From Guillardia theta CCMP2712 (Eukaryota > Protista > Cryptophyta): a DNA stretch of 64,000 bases. Where the stretch lies: positions 1 through 64,000 of the forward strand of contig NW_005434478.1 of the NCBI RefSeq assembly GCF_000315625.1, read 5' to 3'. A program made the position numbers and the translations under genes. The notes under the pieces were generated by a model. It searched no databases and was not told the DNA's origin. It was given only the letters and a program-made list of their open reading frames with translations. Of this stretch, positions 26,545-38,199 are shown in pieces; position 1 is the first letter of the stretch, and every line of letters begins with the position of its first letter.

Positions 26545-28918
26545 TTGACGTTCATTCGTTGCTGTTTTTGTCGAGTATGAGCTCTGATCGTGGTAGAAAA
26601 ACAACAAATTTCAGCATTTTGACTGAGTTTTGGCAATCCAACAAGCACTTGCACGCATTGGAACTGAACCGTATTCACGTTGGCGCACAAGCATTGACGT
26701 ACGCCACAAACAAATGTGCAGCAAATTTCGCGACGTATAGGAGATTCACTGTCAATACACGTCAGATCAAGCATATTAGGCTATGGGGCGATACAAATCA
26801 TGTTTTCTCAGACAAAAAGAACGACGGAATGTTCGATATCAGAACAATGATCAATGGGTGGAAATTCAAATCGAAACGCAAATATTAGAAACAAACTGTT
26901 TTGGATTTCATCAATTACCATAGAATCATCCTCGGACTACAAGGTACAAATGACATGGTCACTTGGTCACGTGAACGATTGAGTATGAACTCAACAGTCA
27001 CAAAGGAAACAGACGAAAGGACTTTGCGATGATCGATAACCACATGGTGCGGGCAACGTTATACACCAACATTATATGCTTTTGTTTTTTTAACACAAGG
27101 ATGGTGGACACAAAAGAGACAGTTTGGCTCCGATCAATAGTATACGTCGTCAGTTCGTCACAATTGACATCCACGTACTGTACGGTATGATGCGTGACGG
27201 GATGATTATTCAAGAATCATGGGACCTATTCCACTTCAATGTAGAAATAAGTGACGGATCTTCATGAGATTCCGAAAGGCCAGTGAAACAACAAGGACAA
27301 TCTCGAACAATCGAGCAGGTAGAGACTCAGACAGTGATTGCTTTATATCGATTGATCCAGGGCGAATCGTTTTGAAATGCGGGGTCGAGGTTGCCGATTG
27401 ACAAGAAAAGAGTCAGATAAAGAGATATCGTTTTACTCGCAAACAATACTACCATGAGTCGCATATTTCACTGAACCAGAAGAAGATTGAAGCTGAACTT
27501 CCCCGGTTGACACAAACGGCACTCCCCTCCCGCACCGTTCGAGCCCGATGAGCAATGGGTATACGTTGTTGTCCCGATCTATCAGAGCTCATAGGATAGC
27601 GAGCCCAACACAGGAGTGGTCAACACTCGAAATGTGGACAGCACACAAGGATAGCCTCTACAACTATCCAGACGAAAGACAGTGATTCTCTAACGGCTAC
27701 TTTGGTTCAGAAGTCGGACCCCTCCGGGACGGTTTCCCTATCAAGCACCGGTGGAGCTCTCCTTTCTGGTAGAAACAAGAACAGGAGCAGCGCATGGACC
27801 AAAGGGGCCATAGCGACGGCACGAGGCAGGAAGACTCGTGCAAGCGAGGACCACTACCCCTGGGACTCCCACAGGGCTATAAAAGGATCAAGATCTTCAT
27901 CTCTAGGTGGTCTGTCTTCCCTCCCTCTGTGTACCACGCATTTCACTGTGTTGGTGTGGTTGCTGCAATAAAGCTTGATAATACTGTCTAGCACCATCTG
28001 TGTGATCCAGCGGAGGTTCTTTGAGCATTCGCTTGGCTAGTGTGCAACCCGTAAAGCTTCGGGGTGTAACATAAATTGGTAGCGAAGGTTGGTTGGAGCA
28101 GGTTGGAGCAGGTCAGGTGTGCCGTCTCCATCGGAGTCCACCTTGCGGGGGCTCACGGACCATTTCTTGGATAGGTAGAGATTCACAGACACAAGATCTG
28201 CTGGATATACCCCTCGAAGAGGCTCCCGACCTCTAGATAGCCATCCCCCGTGGAGGCTGCCTGGGAGAGCTGGGTGCCATCCCCGGGCTTCCTGTCCACA
28301 TACACCGTGCTGTACCCCAGTAAATCCCTGTACCCGCAGATGATCTGGTGGTTTGCCGTGAACTTCCGTTACAGCAAGAGGAAATGCCAACACGACACTG
28401 AGTGACCGTTCATACCGGCTAATTTCGATGGCCTATACTTCTATCACAGCAAGAGGAAATGGGGGATGGCAAGGATGACTACATTCACAAGAGGCAGGCT
28501 GTCGACCATTTCTTTGAAAAAATGAAGCGAAGAAGGAAGGGTTTGTCTGAACCAATAATCGCATACGGGGGGCATCTTTCAGTGCTAGTGGAAGGAATGA
28601 AAAGGCCGTACCTGTCAAATGGATCAAACAACGTTGCCGCAAAACTTTGAAGCGAGTTTTTGATGTTGATGAGAGACATACGACAGCAAACTGTCATCGA
28701 TGTGGTACAAAACTACAAGATTTCAGACGCGTCCCGGTCCTCTGGGGTGGTGTATTTCATCTCAAGAGACGGGCCAGGTGAGAGGGTTGAAATGATGTGA
28801 GTCCACCAAATGTTTCAAAACTCGCTTTGTATCTCGTGACATCAATGCTGCACTGAATATTCTTTCTCGATACCAAGGGACAGAGAAAGAGACTTTCATG
28901 TGTGGACATCGTCACTGA
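26545..28918 (+). pseudogene. Fanzor1 (TnpB-like RNA-guided RuvC endonuclease) pseudogene; frameshifted, 5'-truncated and interrupted
   Basis: Manual translation across frames gives, in order: GAQALTYA..NF; FINYHRIILGL; SLAPINSIRRQFVTID; EISDG; RuvC-I FISIDPGR (D 27354-27356); FTRKQYYHES; KRKWGMARM/YIHKRQAVDHFF; IIAYG/ASFSASGRNEKAVPVK; RuvC-II VDERHTT (E 28671-28673); CHRC; VRGLK*CESTKC; RuvC-III SRDINAALNI (D 28838-28840). No introns are evident. Confidence 0.85.
27503..28367. mobile_element. Unidentified ~0.87 kb insertion within the Fanzor relic
   Basis: Fanzor-like translation stops after KKIEA and resumes near 28435. The gap is bracketed by the direct repeat TGAACTTCC (27494-27502, 28359-28367). 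Confidence 0.5.
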
Positions 28919-28976
28919 ACTTCCGGTGCTATACATTGTACGAGCACGCGCGATAAGGAGGACTTGAGTCAAAAGA

Positions 28977-29110
28977 GTTTTCCGAATAACCCCGTCGACA
29001 TGTCAAAGATTTGTATTTCTGAAATCATTTTTCAAAATATTCATCGTTGTCGATTCAAGGTTGTAAAAGTCGCCTACGCGCCTCTACACTATCACGAGTT
29101 TAACCCTTCC
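28977..29110 (+). ncRNA. Candidate Fanzor omega-RNA scaffold/element right end (28977-29091) plus flanking guide
   Basis: Lies just downstream of the Fanzor stop. It starts GTTTTCCGA, contains GTTGTCG..TTCAA and ends CTCTACACTA, similar to my recollection of the SpuFz1 scaffold ends (not verified). Confidence 0.5.
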
Positions 29111-29166
29111 ACTGACGAACACTTGTTTTCAGATGGAATTTTTGTTTGTTTCAAACCGTAACTATC

Positions 29167-32100
29167 TTAACTCTTAATCTCTTCCTCGCCATTTGAAAGC
29201 GAAACCTCTTGTTCTTCTGTCTCGACATCGTCGTTGGACAATGTGATGATGTCTTCTGAAAGTATGGGCTGCTTGACAAGCTCTGGCCCTGCAGACTTGA
29301 AAACAAACTCCTGTCCAAAGATGCAATGTGAGCGCAAGAGCATGTGACGGAGCTCAGAGCGCACCGGGATCTCAATCGTGATAATGGTCGCTTCTTCTGT
29401 TCCACATACCAAGCTTCGCTTCGATTCATCATAACAAAAGCACCTTGAAGAGGAACCGCTAGTCAGCTGCACAGAAGGAAACAAAATAACGGAGCAAGAG
29501 AATGAGGGCACGTGATGTCGTTGTCTTCGTGTTTGATCTGCCAGAGAACTTCTGCTTTAGTGTAGTTCCAAAGTTTCAACTCGTTGTCCACAGACAGGGA
29601 GACCAGGAAGCCCTCAGTTTCCATGATGAGCATCTTGCGAATCGAGTCTGAGTGTCCATTGCTTGACTCGCCCAGCACTCTGCAAGCGATTCACTTTGGC
29701 TGCAGAGCAGGCGAGAAAGAGAACCTGATCAGCAGATTCCCTGACATGTCCCAAATCTTGATCGAATGGTCGTCTGAGCCCGTGAAGAGAAAGTTCCCGT
29801 CTATGGCCATGCACCTTCATCAGCATCGTGAGGCATAAAGTGCATAAATATCCCAACAGCAAGTGCATACGAGATAGAATCTCTATGGCACAGATGCTTG
29901 ACATCAATGCTTTCATACGAATCGAGCTGTTCGCTAGAGTTGAGCGCTTGATAATCAACAACAGACGTACCATGCAGGCAAGCTCAAGCTCTTGCCGATC
30001 GCTCACATGCCATACTTTAATCGTGAGATCATTGCCGGCAGAGGCAAGCAAGCCCTGAGGATATTTGTGCGGGTTGACGAAGGCAGGCATGTATGCGCAG
30101 CAGAGAACTTCGGAGGTGTGAGCCTTGGTCTTGCCAACTGCGGCATGCAGGTAAACTCAAGATGGTCCCAATGAGTCAGAGGGGCATCACGAGGGGATTA
30201 CCTTGAATGAGTTTCTTCACGGATAGCTCCGAGCTCGACGCTTTCGCTTTCGCTTTCTCAATCTCATCCGCAGTGAACAGCAGGGACTTGGACTTGACGT
30301 TTTGAACTTCCCAGGTGAGGACCTGATGCGCAATAGGGTTCACAAAGAGCAGTAGCACCGATCACTTACATCTCCATCAAATCCACAGGAGAAGAGAAAG
30401 TCTCGTCCAGAAGGATCGCTCTGCTCACCGTCAGTTGGCAACAACTACAAGACTCGGCTGATCTCGCCTGTGTTTTCCCCGTCCAGGCCGATGTTATCGC
30501 CGTGACGGAGTTGGAGTGACCAGGAGTGAAGGAATGCTGACCGTTGTCAAGATTCCAGATCCTCAAACTGCCATCGTCGTTTCCTGCCAGGTCCAAGGAT
30601 TACACAACGAGTTGTGATAATGAGGTCAACATTTCGAGTGCAAAACTCTCTTGGTTCACCTGTTACGAGGCTCCCGATCCTTTCAATGATGGCAAAAGCA
30701 GAGATTTCCGTCTTTCTTGTTTCTCTGACCATATTGCTGCAGAGACACGTAAACGCAAAACTTCTTCGCGCATTCAAATCACTCACTTGCACTGCATGTT
30801 GATGGGATCCCAAACGCGTATCGTGTTGTCAAGTGCGCATGAGTGCAAGACATTATTTTGACCATAAATGTTGTCCTGAAATACTGGTGAGATCTGCAAA
30901 GGATGAGGAGATCTCTGCACTTTGCCAGGAGGTAAGTATCCAATACCGATCAGTGGCCCCTCGTGACCCTTCAGAGACACATGTTTGATTCCCCTTGCGA
31001 TGTAGAAGGATTCAACTTTGGATGGGCCTTGCACATAGATCTGATCTTATGCGTCACTCTTAGATCCAACGATCATCTGTCTGACCTCTGATCCCGACGG
31101 AGTGCAGTAAATGTTCAATATGGGCTCGGAGGTGATCTTGAAGCAAGCGAATCAGTCACTCATACATATGGGGTTCTCGCAAACCTGCTCCATGTAGATC
31201 TTGTTTTCCGAAATCCAGTTCCAGATGTGCAGGATTCCCAAATCATCTCCCAGCATGATGTCCTATAGCAAAATAACATGTCAGAGCAGATTGACAAGTA
31301 TGGACGTGGCACATCCGATACCTGTGTAGCTGTATTCACGCAGATACAGTTAAATCGCATCATTTTGTTCTCCACCCCATATCCGATTCTGTTTTCTTCC
31401 TTGAACGACTGCGACTCCATGTAAGCTCTTACAACATACAGACTCTTTACCTTGCGAGGTGTGCCTGAAGCGATCTCCCAAACCTTGATAGTCGTGTCGT
31501 TGCTGATACTAAACAAAACGCCTTCGTGGATCTCTGCTACGAGAGCAAGGATGCCGAGCTGAAACCGGACTCATCGAAACGAAAGAGAGACTATAAGACC
31601 CAACCTGATGTCCCACCTTCTTGTTATGAAACTTGCTAGGGTTGCTATCTACAATCCCATCCTGAGCTTCAGAGTCGAACTTCAGTTTCCTGATCTCTCC
31701 CTCACTGTCTCCGATGTACAACTCTCCCTGGTTCATCCTCGTGGACACGAAGAGAAGAGTGTTAGGCCAGATCTTCATATCCAACACCCGCATTTTGACG
31801 TAGAACGGGTACAACATCATCTCCCGCCCATCCGCGTTCTTCCATACAATCAAAGTCTTGTCTGTGCTCCCGCTGATCATCAGCCCCGGCGAGTTTCCTG
31901 TCTCTGCATGTTCAGGAGCGTCGAGCGGTGAGAGGGAGCATCTCACCTATCTGAGCAGCGAAGGCGATGTCAGTGACGGTGCCACCATGCCCTGTGAACG
32001 TTTGTCGCAAGACTGCCTGCCTCTCGTTCTCAAAGATATCCCACAGCTTGATGGTGCGGTCTGCGGATCCTGTATACAGGTAGTCTGTCTTGGGCTGCAT

Positions 32101-32466
32101 CTTCAGCACGGTGACATGCGCCTTGTGGAACACGTTGGTCATCTCCGAGCTTCGCTGGTCGTCTCTCTTCGGCCACCATGGCTTGATCGCTTCCACCCCG
32201 TTGCTGCTCAAGTCCTTAGTCTCGAACACCGACCGTTGCTTCCGCCATATGTGGATGGAGCCCGAGGTATGCCCGCAGATCAAGGCGCTCCTGTATGGCT
32301 TGTTCTCGAACTGCAGGCACAGCATGGATGTGAAGCCGGCATGCTGACTCCTGCCATGATCCTTCTGCCCTGGTCCTGACGACCTCTTGCCCAACTTCTC
32401 CCAGACGTTGGTCGACGACCCCGCGAACCTCTCGAGGTCATACACGTTGATCGGCCGGAGCTCCAT
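29167..32466 (-). CDS. WD40-repeat protein
   Basis: Multiple WD units across exons: LYTGSADRTIKLWD, ISGSTDKTLIVW, SISNDTTIKVWE, SCALDNTIRVWD, DDGSLRIWN, SAGNDLTIKVW, VSLSVDNELKLWN. Confidence 0.9.
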
Positions 32467-32521
32467 CTCCTCTCCTCCGTCTTAGCGTCTCATCGCCAAC
32501 TCTCGCAAGCGTCGCAAGCAC

Positions 32522-33265
32522 ATGCTGCCTTCTGTGCCTGCCCTGCTTGAACACATTTTTCCCTGGCGTTTTTTCAGTCAACGCAACAGCTCGGCAGCTA
32601 TGCAGGAGGAGGAGTCGCGGAGGATCGACGGGTCGGGGCACGTGGACGACGGGATCCACCTGCTTGAGAGCGCGGGGACAACCCGATCGCCGCATGCTGA
32701 GCTGAGTGAGGACGAGCTTGACATGGAGGACATGGAGGACCCGGAGGGAACCATCACCGAGCTGATGGAGCGACTAAATCAAGGTGCGTAGGAGGCGTCG
32801 GTTCCTTCCATGCTCTTGTGCCTTGTACCTCTCACGAACTTGCGATGCGATCAAGAATTTGTGACATGTGCTGCTCATGCTTGCCGTCTTTGCTGTTTTG
32901 GTGACGCTTGCTGCTTTTTGACGTTCGGGTTTGTTGCAACAGTGATGTCTGCTCTGAGTGAGACGGAGGAGGAGAACGCAAGGCTTCAGGATGAGATCCA
33001 ACACCTTCTCGACGAGCAAGATGAGCAGCAGGAGCTTCGAACAGAACTGGGCGAGCAGCTTCTTGAACGAAGAGACCTCATGGCCAAGATTGCTGCTCAG
33101 GCTCGAGCGGACAACGACGACAGCGAAGGCTTCTTGAAGCGCATGAAGGAGCTGATGGAAGAATCAGACAGAGAGAAGCAAGACTTCAAGCAGCAGATGG
33201 AACGTCTAGACCAGCAGCTCGCAGAGCTCACGGACGATGAAAGCGGCGGGATGGGTGCGAAATGA
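32522..33265 (+). CDS. Acidic coiled-coil protein (2 exons)
   Basis: E/Q/L-rich heptads (LSETEEENARLQDEIQHLLDEQ), with an intron at ~32784-32941. Confidence 0.6.
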
Positions 33266-33333
33266 GCTTGTAGTCTTTTCTCTGTCAGGTTGTTTTTTCC
33301 CCATTTACATAGACAAAAGACGTTTGAAGGAAG

Positions 33334-34453
33334 TTATGGTATCAGTTTGTCTGACTCTTTCGGCGGCTCATCGTTGTCCGCCGCTTCCAGCACCTGTCCA
33401 TCTGTTATGTTTGTACGAGAGATTCAAAGACCCTTCACCTCCTGGGCAATGCTGCTGGCGTACCAGACAGCAATCATAATCCCAACGATGGCGATGCCAG
33501 TCCCGATGAAGTGATAGATATTCGTCCCCTGTGAGGTATTAGCAAAGGCGGAAAACAGCCCAACTACTGCACCCCGGGATCAGCAGCTTCCAAAAGCGCT
33601 TCACCAATCAACAAGTTCAAAATCGTGTTTGGGATCATCCCCTGCCGCACAAATCATTCCGACCCCAGCCCCTGTCGTGCGGGATACCAGCATGAAAAAG
33701 AAGACAAATTGCTCAAACGGAACTGTTGTGAGAGAGAAGAGATAAGGGTGTGAACCATATGGGACTGGCATGAAGCAAAGCAGAAGGTTAATCTTTGCGG
33801 CCTTGCAATGACAATGTCAAAATATCTCCCGCCAGTGAGAGCAAGATTTACCTCCTTCCAATCTTGCCCCATATACTTCATCAAACCCTTCCATACATGT
33901 GCTCCATCCGATTTGGAAATGAGATCGTTCACCTGACAGAAGCCAACTCAGTAAACACCTCCATCGAACCGACAAGACTGACGTAGTCCTTGAAGAGGTA
34001 GCGACCAATCACAAACAAAACCGCTGAGGAGATGAAGATTGCAAACATTTGAATGAGAAATCCCCAGCCAAGTCCGAAAATGAAACCGATGGCAATACAG
34101 AAAGGCCCATAGGGGATGAAAACCAGCGCGCAAGCAATGAAAACGAGGTAGTAGACAACCAAACTCCACGGCAACTCTTCCCTAAAAAAATCCTTTCCTT
34201 GTATGATGGCATTGAAGATCTGATTTCCAAAGTACCACCCCTTTTACGAACAACAATGTGAGTTACTGGATATATCCAAGAAAATCCTTACCAAACAAAT
34301 AATTATCACGATCACTGAGATTGCAATCCAAAGGTCTGGATTTGTGAGAGAGAACATTGACTTCCACTTGTCCTTCTGCGTCTTTTTCTTATCATCCTCG
34401 GGATCATTGACACTCGCGGGAGAGGTGTTTGCAGCTGGCTCAGACACTCCCAT
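33334..34453 (-). CDS. VTT/DedA (SNARE-associated Golgi, TVP38/TMEM64-like) membrane protein
   Basis: FIPYGPFCIAIGFIFGLGWGFLI..FVIGRYLF is the VTT-domain pattern. Later exons are hydrophobic and end ESDKLIP*. Confidence 0.8.
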
Positions 34454-34810
34454 TGTATAGGCGAACTAAGCACTGATCAAAGATCAAAGACCCCAGACAA
34501 GCTGCCTGTGCAAATCCTGACGTGCAGGGAAAACGTAAGAAAGCATCAAACAAAGGAAGATGATGTTTGGACAATCCACCAGAGTCAAGCTGATGAATTG
34601 ACATGCCAAGCCCCTCATCTCCTTCAAAATCATTCGCCTCTTCTCGTTTATGATCCTCTAATCCATCACCTCTTTCTTGTCCATTCTTTCCACTGTCCCC
34701 TTTCCTCCCTGACGTGACAATGTATCATCCCATCCCATCCCATCCTATTCTATCCCAGTCCACATCCACATCCGGATCCCATCTCGTCTTGTCCCGTCTT
34801 GCACCATTTC

Positions 34811-34875
34811 ATCTCACCTCATCTCATCTCATCTCATCTCATCTCATCTCATCTCATCTCATCTCATCTCATCTC
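34811..34875 (+). repeat. (ATCTC)n pentanucleotide microsatellite
   Basis: About 13 tandem ATCTC units. Confidence 0.95.
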
Positions 34876-35056
34876 TTTTCTTCTCTTCCTCTCTCCTCTA
34901 AATCTTCTCATCCCATCCCTGCCATGCCGCCATGGTCTATATCTGGCTTTTCACATCTTTACCTGACACCTCGCGGATACTCTTACGGATACCTTCACGG
35001 ATACTCTCATTCATTTTCCGTTTCATGTTTGTAACGGCAAAGTCGGAAATAGCGCC

Positions 35057-35607
35057 ATGTTCGCAGAGTTGTTCAACGCGTTCACGGATGATGAGCAGCC
35101 GAAGAAGAAAGTGATCGCTCATCTCCCCAACTTCTCTGAAGCCGTTTCAAATCCACAGCTAGCCGTTGTGAGTACTCTTGCCTTGCGACTCTTGTGCACC
35201 TGCTTCTTCCTTGCTTGCTGCTTTACTGACTTTTCGTTCAAGAAATGGGTGTTGTCGAAGGAAGCGAAAAAGAAAGCTGCATGGTGGAAGGAACACGCGA
35301 AACTGAAAGCAGCATCAAGTGTTCCCTGTGATACGCTTTGTGAGATAATTCGAAATCAATGAACATTGTACATTTGGATGGGGCTTGTTGAAAATTGCAG
35401 CTACTATGATCAGATTTGAGATGATTTCGGGTCATCAAAAACAGAATGGTCAAGCTTGATCTCATTCATAATGATGAACCCTCTGCGTCTTATTTTATCA
35501 CAAAATCTGATTTTCGTGTACAGCTCCCTAGATCCTGCGCTAACGATGGAACTCTAAACAAATTTGATTGCAAGGGTTGGAAGGTAGATGGAACTGAAGG
35601 TGACTGA
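35057..35607 (+). CDS. Small multi-exon hypothetical protein
   Basis: MFAELFNAFTDDEQPKKK.. with GT-AG introns and a last exon DPCANDGTLNKFDCKGWKVDGTEGD*. Confidence 0.4.
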
Positions 35608-36608
35608 CCGCAAGCTTTCGTTTAACATGAAACGTTTTGCGCATCTTGTTCAAAACTCCTTGGCAAGGTACCACCAATAATCCATTCTCGGATTACCTGG
35701 ATTAGGTCCAGCTTGAAAATGTGAGAACGAAAACGCATACTGTGGTGGTCAAAACCAACTTTTTCATGCAATGGTCTTCCAAAGCGAGACCAACTTTGCA
35801 TTAGGCTTATCTATTTTGACAACTCTCCGAACAAGCAGCTGCTGTTACCTCTCCTCAATTGCACTGAACTTTGTTGTAACCTCTCCTTGATACGGTACGC
35901 GCCGTTGCCAAAGTTCTCCTCTGGTAGACTTGCAATGCCTTTCTCACCTCACAATCCACCACGGTGATATCAAGCTGCACTGGCAGAGCGGTAGACAGTC
36001 AATATGTCATGTGTTTGTCGTCATTGTATGCTTGTTGTTTCAACCATTTCACACCACTGGACACTGCCGCAGTGCCCGCCATCCCGAGTCCGATGATCGA
36101 TGGAGGCCGGGCTATCACTGATCCGATGATCAGATGACTGAACAGGCACAGACGGTCACACGTCGAACAGACGGTCACAGTGAGTGATCAAGTGATCAAG
36201 TGATGCATCACTAGTTGATCACTGACTCAAAGGCTTCAGTTCGGCTCGATGATGACCGGCAAGCCTGATCGCAACGACGGCATCAGTTGTACTACCTAAT
36301 AACGGTTAATAACGGCCGGAAGCCCCCAAAGAGCGGATGAGTCGCATGGAGTGGTGCTAGGGGGGGTCCGGGGACACAAGAAGAGGAAGAGAAGAGGAAG
36401 GAGGAGAGGGAGAGGCAAGTCAGAGATCGTCTGAAGATAGAAGAAACCAGGAGAAGGAGAAGCTCGGTGATAAGAGGAGGCCATTATCGACAGAAGACGT
36501 TGCAAGATAACGCTGACAACTGCTCGGCAAGTAAAAGAGAAAAAGTGACACAGCTGCGAAATAAGAGAGCGACCAGAAGCGTAAATGAAAGAAAACCAAC
36601 ACGGTACA

Positions 36609-38113
36609 ATGGATCAAGATCCCTGGGAAACAATTGCTGTCATTGGCCTAGGTCGACTGGGTGTATGTTTCTCAGTTGTCCTCGATGAAGCTGGATACGA
36701 TGTCATTGGGATGGACGTGAATGAATCTATCGTGAACTCTGTAAACAGCAGAAAGAACGATTCATCGGAGCCGGGATTATCTGAAGCTCTCTTGAGATGC
36801 CGAAAGTTTCGGGCCACGACAGATATGTCCGAGGCTGTACAGAACGCCAGAGTCATATTCATCCTGGTTCCCACCCCAAACTCTGGTGGTAGAGATTTCT
36901 ACAATCACAGCATACTGAGCAATGTACTCTTCAAGCTCAACACGCTCAAGGTCGCCCATCGACACATCGTGATATCAGCAACGGTGCTGCCTGGGTATAT
37001 CCGATCGACTGGGAATTTCCTGATACGAGATTGCCCAAACACGACGCTGAGCTACAATCCTGCCTTTGTAGCACAGGGAGATATCCTCGAGGGATACAAA
37101 ACAGGCGGATGGTTTCGGCTTGTGATGATCGGACGAGCAAACGAAGAGGTCGGGAGGATCTTGACGCGCGTGTACGAACGCATCGCCCCGGCAGACCGAC
37201 GTCCACACATCTGCCTCATGTCGCCAGAAAGCGCTGAAATAGCTAAGCTCTGCTCCAACTGCTTCCGCACGACCAAGATCAGCTTCTGCAACATGGTCGC
37301 GGATCTGGCAGACAAGACTCCTGGGGCAGACAAGCACGAGATCTGCGCGGCGTTGGGTAAGGTGAACGTAAGCCGGGTATGTGCGAGTGAGTGACCTGGG
37401 AACTAGGACGAGAGCATCGGGCCGATATGCATGCGGCCAGGCTATGGTTATGGAGGACCCTGTTACCCTCGCGACAATCAGGCGCTGGCTCTATACGCGA
37501 AGCAGGTAGATGCCAGCGATGACGTAAGCAGAGGGCTGACATTCGTGCGAGGTCGGGGTGAATCCATGCATTCCAGAGGCTACACACAACTACAACGAGT
37601 AGGCCATCATTTCACGTTCGTTCGTCTGAATCTCCGCCAGGTTCCATCACGACATCATGGCGGAAGAATGCTTGCGAGAGGGAAGAGAAGAGTGATATCG
37701 CAGTTCTTCCCCTGCCCTTGCCTCACAACATGCTTGAGCAGATACGTATTTGAGGATGTTACATACAAGCCTAGGTGTGCAGTGGCGATGATCGATGAAT
37801 CGCCAAAGCTCCGTGTGGTAACTCAGTCCTCTCCTCCTTCCCATCTCTTCCTCGTTGACCACGAATCTTCAGGCATATGCGCTGGTGAAAGCAGGAAAAC
37901 GCGTCATCATCCGAGACCGGCAAGCGGTGCGTCTCTTGCCGAGACTTGCAGGGTCTGAGAGACATTTAGGTCATCTTCGAAGTCATGAAGGAATTTGGGT
38001 CAAAGTTCGTGTACGAGATCGTGGATGAAGACGGCATCCCCGCCCGTCCTGCTTCTCCGTCCTCGTCTGCGGCTCAGGCAATAGTCGCTGGTATGAGGGC
38101 CTGCGGCTTCTGA
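36609..38113 (+). CDS. UDP-glucose/GDP-mannose dehydrogenase family protein
   Basis: Rossmann VIGLGRLG, ILVPTP, SATVLPG, YNPAF, AEIAKLCSNCFRTTKISFCN and catalytic GYGYGGPCYPRD. Confidence 0.9.
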
Positions 38114-38199
38114 CTTGGTTGTCAGCTCTCGGCTGAGTGCGCCAAGGAGGGAGAAGCTCATTTGCTGTTCGTGGCCGAATCTTCGAGCAATGGCGTCTA

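Noticed and set aside
29099-29110. TTAACCCTT resembling a piggyBac end
   Set aside because: No matching inverted terminus or transposase found; it lies in the presumed Fanzor flank.
35700-35960. Possible second Fanzor N-terminal fragment (VVVKTNF..KQLLLPLLN..PLPKF)
   Set aside because: Needs several frame changes and has no RuvC motifs; similarity is too weak by eye.
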